From: Caldilineae bacterium
GTDB lineage: Bacteria > Chloroflexota > Anaerolineae > DTLA01
Assembly: GCA_037446815.1 (NCBI GenBank)
Contig: JBBIHX010000005.1
Span: forward strand, 1 to 56,543
Direction of reading: 5' to 3'
Length of the DNA stretch: 56,543 nt
The notes below the pieces were generated by a model. It searched no databases and was not told the origin of the DNA. It saw only the letters and a list, made by a program, of their open reading frames with translations. Positions 46,932-54,601 of the stretch are shown one piece after another. Each line of letters begins with the position of its first letter. The first letter of the stretch is position 1. A program made the translations under genes and the position numbers.

Positions 46932-48688
46932 GCGAGCGCGAGTTGCGGCTGGCCGTTTTCCTGAGCGACGCGGGGGCGAGGCCCGTGGCCGCCGAGGACT
47001 GGGCGTCGGCAGATGCTGCGGCGCTGCTGGCCCATCTGCGGCGCAACAAAGTGCCGCTGCTGCACGCCCGCGCCGTGCGTCCCGACCTGCCCATCTGGGG
47101 CGCGCCGCCGTTCGCGGAGGCGCTTGCGCAGGAGCAGGCCAGCCTGACCCGCCAGCGGGGGGAATACGTGAAGGTGTGGGAGGCCCTGACGGCGCGCGGG
47201 GTTCCGTGCGTGCTCATCAAGTCGGCGGGGATTCCCCCGTCGTTCCCTTACCGCAGCGACAACGTGGACCTGCTGGTGCCGCCGGATGCGGAATGGGCGG
47301 CGGCGCAGGCCCTGTACGAGCTGGGCTATGTGGAACTGCGCAACATTGAGGAGCCGCGTAAGTTCCTGTTCAAGCGATTCCTGGGCGGCGCGGAGGCTTC
47401 GGCCATTCACCTGCACACGCAGGTGGGCTGGGGCACGGGGTTCCTGGTGGACGAGTGGCTCTGGGAGCGGGTGCGGCCCTCCGCCGATGACCCGGCGGTT
47501 TCCATCCTCGGCCCGGAGGATGAACTGCTGGTAACGCTGGCCCACGCCTTCTACGAGGACAAGGAATTCAAGATATGGGACATTGTCAAGGCGCGCCACT
47601 GCGTAAGTGCTGCTGCGTTTGACTGGGACTACTGCGCGCGTCAGGCGGAGGAGCGCGGCTGGCTCCGCGGGCTGGACGCGATATTGCAGCACGTGGCGCG
47701 TGTGGAGGCGGCGTGGTTCGCGGAGGGGCGCGTCCCCGCCGGTGTGCCGAACGGCCCGCCGTCCTCGCCGGTGCCGCCCTTGGATGCGGAAACGCTCCCC
47801 GCGCGGGTGGGTTTCGCCTACAGCAAGCGGTACTACTTCGCCAAAGTCGCCCGCGACCGGCGGTTGTCTGCGGCGCAGAAGTGGGACGACGCCCTGCGGC
47901 ACGCGCTGGCCGGGGCGCGTCGCAAGTTGAAAGTCCGCTCGCAGCGTCCCATGCTCGTCGCCGTCAGCGGGGTGGACGGGTCGGGCAAGACGGCCGTGGC
48001 CGAGGCGCTGCGGGAAGCCTTCGGGCGGTGCGACATTCGGGCGCGGATTGTGTGGACGCGGGGCGCGTCTTCGCCGCTGACCGATGCGCTCATCCGCCTG
48101 GGCAAGCGGTGGCTGGGCGGGGCATCGGGCGCCGGCCAGGGCGAGGGCGGCAATGCGCCCGACCCGTGGGAGCGGCGGGCAAGCCTGTGGCGGCGGCCGC
48201 TTGTCCGTCGGCTGTGGCCGTGGGTCATCGCGCTGGACTTGTGGGCGCAGTACGTGGCGCGCGTGGCGTGGCCCCTGGCGCGCGGGTGGGTGGTCATCGC
48301 CGACCGGTACGTGGCCGACGCGCAGGCGGAAGTCGCGGCCTACCTGGAGGCGGCGGGCCACGGGCGCGTCCCGTTGGCGTTGCGCCTGCTGGCGTATGCG
48401 TCCCCGCGCCCCGCCATCTGGTTCGTGCTGGACGTGCCGCCGGACACGGCTGCGCGCCGCAAGGCCGGGCAGGAGTCGGAGGCGTTTCTCGCGCGGCAGG
48501 CCGCGTGGTATCGCTGCCTGGCAGAGGCGCGGCGCGGGCACCTGCTGGACGCCGCCCGACCGTTGGACGATGTGGCGGGCGAGGCAGTGCGCGTCGCCCT
48601 GCTGCGTTACTATCGTCGCTACAGCACCTTCATCAACGGGCTGTTCTTGTTCAATCCCAGGGCCAAGCGCCCGTTTCTGGAGTCGTAG
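46928..48688 (+). CDS. Fusion: NTP_transf_5-like nucleotidyltransferase + thymidylate-kinase-like P-loop domain
   Basis: GVPCVLIKS..YRSDNVDLLV, IHLH, LAHAF in the N-half; VSGVDGSGKT, IADRYVAD, PRP..FVLDVPP..A.RRK in the C-half. Confidence 0.8.
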   Translation: MSERELRLAVFLSDAGARPVAAEDWASADAAALLAHLRRNKVPLLHARAVRPDLPIWGAPPFAEALAQEQASLTRQRGEYVKVWEALTARGVPCVLIKSAGIPPSFPYRSDNVDLLVPPDAEWAAAQALYELGYVELRNIEEPRKFLFKRFLGGAEASAIHLHTQVGWGTGFLVDEWLWERVRPSADDPAVSILGPEDELLVTLAHAFYEDKEFKIWDIVKARHCVSAAAFDWDYCARQAEERGWLRGLDAILQHVARVEAAWFAEGRVPAGVPNGPPSSPVPPLDAETLPARVGFAYSKRYYFAKVARDRRLSAAQKWDDALRHALAGARRKLKVRSQRPMLVAVSGVDGSGKTAVAEALREAFGRCDIRARIVWTRGASSPLTDALIRLGKRWLGGASGAGQGEGGNAPDPWERRASLWRRPLVRRLWPWVIALDLWAQYVARVAWPLARGWVVIADRYVADAQAEVAAYLEAAGHGRVPLALRLLAYASPRPAIWFVLDVPPDTAARRKAGQESEAFLARQAAWYRCLAEARRGHLLDAARPLDDVAGEAVRVALLRYYRRYSTFINGLFLFNPRAKRPFLES

Positions 48689-49636
48689 ATGCGCGTCCTG
48701 GTGGTAACGAACATGTACCCAACCCCAGACAAGCCGGCCTTCGGCACGTTCGTGCGCGACCAGGTGGAGTCGCTGCGCGCGCTGGGGGTTGAGGTGGACG
48801 TGTTCTTCATGGACGGCAAGGCCAGCCGCCTGAACTACCTGCGCGGGTTCTGGGGCCTGCGGCGTTGGCTGGGAACGCACCCGCGCTACGATTTGATTCA
48901 CGCGCACTACGTGTTTTCGGGGCTTGTGGCGTTGAGCCAGCGCCGCCTGCCGGTCGTGTTGACGCACCACGGCATAGAGGTTGTGCTGGGCTGGCAGGGA
49001 TACCTGTGCCGCTGGGTAACGCCCCGTGTGGACAGGGTTATCGTTACGTCGAGCGTGGTCAAGCGCGCGCTGGGCTATGCGGATGCCGTCGTCATCCCGT
49101 GCGGCGTGGACATGACGCGGTTCGCGCCTGTGCCCCAGGCCGATGCCCGCGCTCGCCTGGGCTTGCCGCAGGACGCGCGGCTGGTGCTGTTCGCGGGCGA
49201 GCCGCGCCCCGAAAAGCGGCTGGAGATCATCCAGGCGGCGGTGGCGCGCCTGTCGGCGGAGGACGACCGCGTGCGACTGGTCGTGGCGTCCAACTGCCCG
49301 CACGAGGAGATGCCGCTGTACATGAGCGCCTGCGACGTGTTGGCGCTGGCGTCGGATTTTGAGGGGTCGCCCATGGTCATCAAGGAGGCGATGGCGTGCA
49401 ATCTGCCCATCGTCTCGGTGGACGTGGGCGACGTGGCCGAGATTCTCGGCGATACCGAGGGGTGCTACCTGTGCGAGCGCGCGCCCGAAGACATGGCGGA
49501 CAAACTCCGCCTGGCCCTGGCGCGCGGAGGGCGCACCGATGGCCGTCGGCGCGTGGCGCACCTGTCGCTGGAGGCCACGGCCCGGCAGATACAGGCCGTG
49601 TACGAGGGCGTGTTGGCAGCGCGCAAGGGGCCATAG
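48689..49636 (+). CDS. GT4 glycosyltransferase (TuaC-like)
   Basis: MRVLVVTNMYP..FGTFVRDQ, HAHY, IPCGVD, EKR, EGSPMVIKEAMAC. Confidence 0.9.
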   Translation: MRVLVVTNMYPTPDKPAFGTFVRDQVESLRALGVEVDVFFMDGKASRLNYLRGFWGLRRWLGTHPRYDLIHAHYVFSGLVALSQRRLPVVLTHHGIEVVLGWQGYLCRWVTPRVDRVIVTSSVVKRALGYADAVVIPCGVDMTRFAPVPQADARARLGLPQDARLVLFAGEPRPEKRLEIIQAAVARLSAEDDRVRLVVASNCPHEEMPLYMSACDVLALASDFEGSPMVIKEAMACNLPIVSVDVGDVAEILGDTEGCYLCERAPEDMADKLRLALARGGRTDGRRRVAHLSLEATARQIQAVYEGVLAARKGP

Positions 49637-49652
49637 GATGGGTGAGGATACC

Positions 49653-50135
49653 ATGTGGATGAGGATTCTCGCAGTGCTGGGCGAGGGCGGCCACACGAAG
49701 GAGATGGTGCGCCTGGTGGAACTCCTGGGCGACGGGTACGAATTCGGCTACGTTCTGGTGGCCGACGATGACCTGTCCGAGAAGAAGATCACGGTGCCTG
49801 GGCCGATTTTTCGCGTCATCCGCCCGCGCGACAAGGCCCACAACCTGCCCAACGATGTGCGCAAGTTCCTCGTGTGCGCGGCGCAGGCGTGGCGCGCGGT
49901 GCGGCGGTTCCGCCCATTGGCCATGATCAGCACCGGCCCCAGCGTCGCCGTGCCCGTGGCGCTGGTGTGCAAACTCCTGGGCGTGAAGGTCATCTTTGTG
50001 GAGACCGGCTCGCGGGTTACGGCCCTGTCCACGACGGGCAGGCTCATGTACCGCCTGGCAGACCTGTTCCTAGTGCAGTGGGAGCCGCTGCTGGAAAAGT
50101 ACCCCAGGGCGGTCTTTGCAGGGAGGCTGTGCTGA
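49653..50135 (+). CDS. pssD: PssD/CpsF/Alg14-like glycosyltransferase acceptor-binding subunit
   Basis: GEGGH, ISTGPSVAVP, IFVETGSRVTALSTTGR, FLVQW; alternative in-frame ATGs at 49638 and 49659. Confidence 0.88.
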   Translation: MWMRILAVLGEGGHTKEMVRLVELLGDGYEFGYVLVADDDLSEKKITVPGPIFRVIRPRDKAHNLPNDVRKFLVCAAQAWRAVRRFRPLAMISTGPSVAVPVALVCKLLGVKVIFVETGSRVTALSTTGRLMYRLADLFLVQWEPLLEKYPRAVFAGRLC

Positions 50136-50620
50136 TGATCTTCGTAACCGTGGGCACCACGGATTTTGACGCGCTGGTGGAGGCGATGGATCGCATCGCG
50201 CCGTCGCTGGGTGAGGAGGTGGTGGCGCAGATTGGGCGGGGGCGCTACGAACCGGTGAACCTGCGCTGGTTTCGCAGCGCGCCATCGCTGGAGCCGTACT
50301 ATCGACAGGCCGATTTGATTGTGTCGCACGGGGGACTGGGGACGGTGGTGGAGGTGGCGAGCATGGGCAAGCCCCTGGTGGCGCTGAGCAACCCCGACCG
50401 CTACGACCGCCATCAGGATGACCTGTTGGGGTACATGGAGCGCCAGGGGCATCTCCTGTGGTGCCGCGACCTGGCGCAGTTGGAGGCCGACGTGCGGCGG
50501 GCGCGCGCTACGACGTTCCGACCGTATGTCGCGCCGCCTACCCACGTCCACGAGGTGATTCGGGAGTACCTGGCCCGCGTGGCCACCGAGGCCCGGGCGC
50601 GAGGGCGGGGGCAGGGTTGA
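50135..50620 (+). CDS. pssE: PssE/CpsG/Alg13-like glycosyltransferase nucleotide-sugar-binding subunit (GT28 C-terminal-like)
   Basis: MIFVTVGT, QIG, ADLIVSHGGLGT, DRHQ; TGATG overlap with pssD-like gene. Confidence 0.9.
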   Translation: MIFVTVGTTDFDALVEAMDRIAPSLGEEVVAQIGRGRYEPVNLRWFRSAPSLEPYYRQADLIVSHGGLGTVVEVASMGKPLVALSNPDRYDRHQDDLLGYMERQGHLLWCRDLAQLEADVRRARATTFRPYVAPPTHVHEVIREYLARVATEARARGRGQG

Positions 50621-50730
50621 CCGCGACGGGGCGCGCAGGGGCTGGTGTGTTGCCAAGGCGCGGATAGCCGTTGGCGCCCTCTTGCCGTATCCAGAGCGCG
50701 CGCCTAATCGTTAGAAAAGGGGGAAACGAC

Positions 50731-51840
50731 ATGGCTGTTCCTTTCGTAGACTTGAAGGCCCAGTACGCAGCGCTGAAGCCGGAGATAGACCAGGCGATCC
50801 AGGCGGTGGTCGATCGCTGCGACTTCATTTTGGGCCGGGCCGTTTCGGAGTTTGAAGCGGAGTTCGCCCGCTTCTGCGAGGTGCGCTTTGCGGTGGGCGT
50901 GGGCAACGGCACCGACGCCCTGCGGCTTGGGTTGCTGGCGGCGGGCATTGGCCCCGGCGACGAGGTGATCACCGCCGCCAATACCTTCATCGCCACGACC
51001 GAGGCCATCAGCCAGGCGGGCGCGGCCTTCCGCCTTGTTGATGTGGACGAGCGGACGTACAACCTGAATCCGGCCCTGCTGGAGGAAGCCATCACGCCGC
51101 GCACGCGGGCGATTATCCCCGTGCACCTCTACGGCCAGCCCGCCGATATGGAGCCGATTCTGGATGTGGCGCGCAGGCACGACCTGATTGTCCTGGAGGA
51201 CGCCTGCCAGGCCCACGGGGCGCGGTACAAGGGCCGCCGCGCGGGGAGCATGGGGCACCTCGCCGCTTTCAGTTTCTATCCGGCCAAGAACCTGGGCGCC
51301 TACGGCGACGCGGGTGCCCTGGTAACCGATGATGAGGCCCTGGCCCGCAGGCTGGATTTGCTGCGCAATCATGGCCAGAAGAGCAAGTACGAGCATGTGA
51401 TGGAAGGCTATTGCAGCCGCCTGGACACGCTGCAGGCGGCGGTCTTGCGGGTGAAGTTGCGGCACCTGGACGAGTGGAACGCGCGGCGGCGGCAGGTGGC
51501 CGCGTGGTACGAAGAGCGTTTGGCCGATTTGCCCGTGGTGCGGCCGTTTGTGATGCCCGATACGGAGCACGTGTACCATCTGTACGTGATTCGCACGGAG
51601 CGCCGCGACGCCTTGCGCGACTTCTTGAGCGCGCGCGGCATCGGCACGGGAATGCATTACCCCATCCCGCTGCCGCTGACCGAGGCCTACGGTGGGATGG
51701 GCTTCCGCAAGGGGCAGTTTCCGGTTACCGAGCGCCTTGCGGGGGAGATTCTGTCGCTGCCGATGTTTGCGGAGATGACCGAGGCGCAGGTGGACGAGGT
51801 GGCGGACGCCATGCGCGCGTTCTTTGCGGGGTCTCGGTAG
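50731..51840 (+). CDS. DegT/DnrJ/EryC1/StrS PLP-dependent sugar aminotransferase
   Basis: VPFVDL, GNGTDAL, PVHLYGQ, EDACQAHG, SFYPAKNLG (PLP Lys), SRLDTLQAA, HYP, LSLP. Confidence 0.94.
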   Translation: MAVPFVDLKAQYAALKPEIDQAIQAVVDRCDFILGRAVSEFEAEFARFCEVRFAVGVGNGTDALRLGLLAAGIGPGDEVITAANTFIATTEAISQAGAAFRLVDVDERTYNLNPALLEEAITPRTRAIIPVHLYGQPADMEPILDVARRHDLIVLEDACQAHGARYKGRRAGSMGHLAAFSFYPAKNLGAYGDAGALVTDDEALARRLDLLRNHGQKSKYEHVMEGYCSRLDTLQAAVLRVKLRHLDEWNARRRQVAAWYEERLADLPVVRPFVMPDTEHVYHLYVIRTERRDALRDFLSARGIGTGMHYPIPLPLTEAYGGMGFRKGQFPVTERLAGEILSLPMFAEMTEAQVDEVADAMRAFFAGSR

Positions 51841-51870
51841 TCGGGCCCGGATGTTGGGTGCATGGTCGCC

Positions 51871-52148
51871 CGGGGCTGAAGCCGCCGCGCTGAGGGCTTC
51901 CCCCTCACCCCAGCCCTCTCCCGGAGGGAGAGGGGGCGGGGCGGCGCGGGGCTGAAGCCGCCGCGCTGAGGGCTTCCCCCTCACCCCAGCCCTCTCCCGG
52001 ANNNNNNNNNNNNNNNNNNNNNNNNNNNNNNNNNNNNNNNNNNNNNNNNNNNNNNNNNNNNNNNNNNNNNNNNNNNNNNNNNNNNNNNNNNNNNNNNNNN
52101 NGGGAGAGGGGGCGGGGCGGCGCGGGGCTGAAGCCGCCGCGCTGAGGG
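51871..52148. repeat. 76-bp tandem repeat of a composite palindromic (REP-like) unit; copy number unresolved across the gap
   Basis: CGGGGCTGAAGCCGCCGCGCTGAGGG starts at 51871, 51947 and 52123; unit contains CCCCTCACCCCAGCCCTCTCCC-GGA-GGGAGAGGG. Confidence 0.92.
52002..52101. other. Assembly gap (100 N) inside the tandem repeat
   Basis: 100 N; flanks join in exact repeat phase. Confidence 0.99.
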
Positions 52149-52168
52149 TTTGGGCCTGCCTGGGTGGT

Positions 52169-52196
52169 TTGGTGCGAGACAATTTCTGCCTATAAT
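52169..52196 (+). promoter_or_regulatory. Candidate sigma70 promoter for the downstream surface-protein genes
   Basis: Perfect TATAAT at 52191-52196, TTGGTG 16 bp upstream, 40 nt before ATG 52237. Confidence 0.45.
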
Positions 52197-52236
52197 CAGC
52201 CCGTATTCTGGAACAGCATTGAGGAGCAAGGGGTGC

Positions 52237-54591
52237 ATGAAACGTAGAACTTGGCTTTGGATCGCTCTGGTCGCGCTGGTGCTCGGCCCGATGGCCGTGC
52301 CGTTCGTGCCGCCGGTGGCTGCGGCAGACCCGGAACCGGAGCCCCAGATTACGCTGACCGGCGTGCAGGTTGTGGGGGATCCGAATGGCGTGGATTTGGC
52401 CACCATTCCGGGCGGGGGACGCCCGGGCGTGTACATCGCCAGAGATACGGACAACCTGGACCCGGGCTATTTCCCCATCATCGGCGGGCACGGGACTTTC
52501 ACGTGGAAGGACTTGGAACCCAGCGAGGGCGTGTACAACTGGAGCAAGATAGACAACTTCCTGACCGCCCTGAGTTCCAAGGGCAAAGCCGCGGGCATCC
52601 ATATCGTTACCTATAACGGACGACGCGGCGGGTTGGGCATCCCCGACTGGCTTCGCGCCCGCTACCCCGACATCGTGTTCACGGCCACGGCCGGCCCGAA
52701 TTGCAGCACGAGCGCCTACCCACCCTTGGACGCCATCAAGTATCACGACTCTCACTATCAGACCGCGTACCGTAACTTCATCTACGCGCTGGGCGCGCGG
52801 TACAAGAATGACCCGCGCGTGGAGTACATCCTGGCGGGCACCGGCCTGTACGGGGAGACGCAGCCCGGCGACGACTGCTACGATAGCGCCTTCCTCGCTG
52901 CGGGGCTGACCTATGACCTGTGGCGGGCCTACGTGCGGGAGACGGCGCGGGCCTACGCCATCGCATTCGGCGGCACGGGCGACAACACGCGCCCGCCCTC
53001 AAAAACCGTGATGATTCTGAACGCGCCGGTGTACACGCACCGCTGCAACCGCGCGGAAATCATGTCCGACGTGGCGCCCATGGGGGTGGGCAACTTGGTG
53101 GCGGGGCTTCTGGCCGATGAGGACGCCGTCATCATCACGCCGCCCTATTCGCAAGCGTACTGCGGCCGACTGGACCCGCTCATCTCTTCGCAGCCGACGC
53201 TGCCGGTGGGCCACGAAGCGTACTGGTACCTCACGCCGCACGAGTACCTGGCCTACTGGGGCCTTCTGGGCGCCCTGGGCCATCAGGTGAACAACCGCTC
53301 GTATCCGGTGGATTATCTGACGGTGGACTACACGCTCACCGACTGGCGGGGGTGGATGTTCGCGGACTCGGATGGCAACCCGCGCACCGCTGTGATTGAC
53401 TACTTCCGCTGGGCGCAGCCCTACTTCGGCAAGAGCGCGGCCAACGCCCCAAGCGCTTGGGTGGCCATGCGCGAGTCAGGCTATACGTGGTATCCCCAGT
53501 GGGGCAACTACTCGTACTACCTGTACCAGGACGACACCATCGCGGGCGGGCAAACGAAGGCCGTTACCTACCGCCGAGGCATAGACCCCGACGACAGCAG
53601 CCAGGCTGCGCTGGTGAACTCGCTCGTGCCCAAAGGCTACACGAGTTACAACACCAACATTGAGACCGGCGTCAACCTGGGCGGCGCATGGGCCGGCAAG
53701 GAGTCGTGGATCACCCGCCGCACCGACCAGGCCAGCGGCAACCGCTACATGTGGTTCAAGATTGACGACGGGTTCCTCTACGGCAACGCCAGCACGGTAA
53801 CCATCAAGGTTACCTACTTTGACTACGGAACCGATTCGTGGAAGATAGACTACGACGCCGTGGGGGGCATCCAGCGCAGCACGGAGATTGTGGTCAAGAC
53901 CAATTCGCGCACGTGGAAGACTCGGACCTTCGTCATCACCGACGCGCGCATGATGAACGGCCTCTTGGGTGCCAGCGACTTCCGGCTTGACTGCAACAAC
54001 GACGGCAACGAGTACATCCACTTCGTGGAGGTGAGCAAGGGCGGCGGGGGCAGCGTGAATTTCAACATCCCGCTGCGCATGGGTTGGAACTTCGTTTCCG
54101 TGCCGCTCACGCTGGGGAGCACAAATGTGGAGACGGTTCTGGCCCCCATCAGCGGCTCGTATGGCAAGGTGTACGCCTATGATGCCTTTGACACGGCTGA
54201 CCCGTGGAAGGTGTACGACATTTCGCTGCCGCCGTTTCTGAATGACCTCACGCAGATCACCACCACCAAGGGGCTGTGGCTGTGGGCGACGCAGAACACC
54301 ACGTGGACGATGAACGGCTCATGGCCCTCGTCCACGGCCATCCCGCTCAAGACCGGCTGGAACCTCATCGGTTACCCGGGCCAGACAACCAAGTCGGTGG
54401 CCGACGCGCTGGCGAGCATTGCGGGGAAATACACGAAGGTGTATACTTACGATGCGTTTGACGACGCCGACCCGTGGAAGGTGTACGACATCTCGCTGCC
54501 GCCGTTCCTCAACGACCTGTCTCAACTCCAGGCGGGGCGGGCATACTGGGTGTACGTAACGCAGGACTGCACGTTGACGGTTACGAACTAA
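52237..54591 (+). CDS. Secreted glycoside-hydrolase-like protein (clan-A/GH42-like TIM barrel) + beta-sandwich + two C-terminal GWN-type repeats
   Basis: Signal peptide MKRRTWLWIALVALVL..VAAA; FTWKDLEPSEGVYNWS, IPDW, ALGARY, GLYGE; tandem ~90-aa repeats IPLRMGWNFVSVP / IPLKTGWNLIGYP. Confidence 0.75.
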   Translation: MKRRTWLWIALVALVLGPMAVPFVPPVAAADPEPEPQITLTGVQVVGDPNGVDLATIPGGGRPGVYIARDTDNLDPGYFPIIGGHGTFTWKDLEPSEGVYNWSKIDNFLTALSSKGKAAGIHIVTYNGRRGGLGIPDWLRARYPDIVFTATAGPNCSTSAYPPLDAIKYHDSHYQTAYRNFIYALGARYKNDPRVEYILAGTGLYGETQPGDDCYDSAFLAAGLTYDLWRAYVRETARAYAIAFGGTGDNTRPPSKTVMILNAPVYTHRCNRAEIMSDVAPMGVGNLVAGLLADEDAVIITPPYSQAYCGRLDPLISSQPTLPVGHEAYWYLTPHEYLAYWGLLGALGHQVNNRSYPVDYLTVDYTLTDWRGWMFADSDGNPRTAVIDYFRWAQPYFGKSAANAPSAWVAMRESGYTWYPQWGNYSYYLYQDDTIAGGQTKAVTYRRGIDPDDSSQAALVNSLVPKGYTSYNTNIETGVNLGGAWAGKESWITRRTDQASGNRYMWFKIDDGFLYGNASTVTIKVTYFDYGTDSWKIDYDAVGGIQRSTEIVVKTNSRTWKTRTFVITDARMMNGLLGASDFRLDCNNDGNEYIHFVEVSKGGGGSVNFNIPLRMGWNFVSVPLTLGSTNVETVLAPISGSYGKVYAYDAFDTADPWKVYDISLPPFLNDLTQITTTKGLWLWATQNTTWTMNGSWPSSTAIPLKTGWNLIGYPGQTTKSVADALASIAGKYTKVYTYDAFDDADPWKVYDISLPPFLNDLSQLQAGRAYWVYVTQDCTLTVTN

Positions 54592-54601
54592 GGAGAGTCG
54601 C

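Noticed and set aside
46880..49696. 938-aa minus-strand ORF and other long antisense ORFs (e.g. 30716-32884, 50704-52755, 43897-45438, 32838-34316)
   Set aside because: They are shadows of well-supported + strand genes in high-GC DNA, with no recognisable motifs and Arg/His/Ala-rich composition.
50682..50710. Internal promoter before the DegT gene (TTGCCG-17 bp-TAATCG), preceded by a GCCAA/TTGGC hairpin
   Set aside because: The -10 lacks the conserved final T and the hairpin has no U-tract; too weak to call.
51871..52148. Possible CRISPR array
   Set aside because: Units are identical head-to-tail with no unique spacers, and there are no cas genes.
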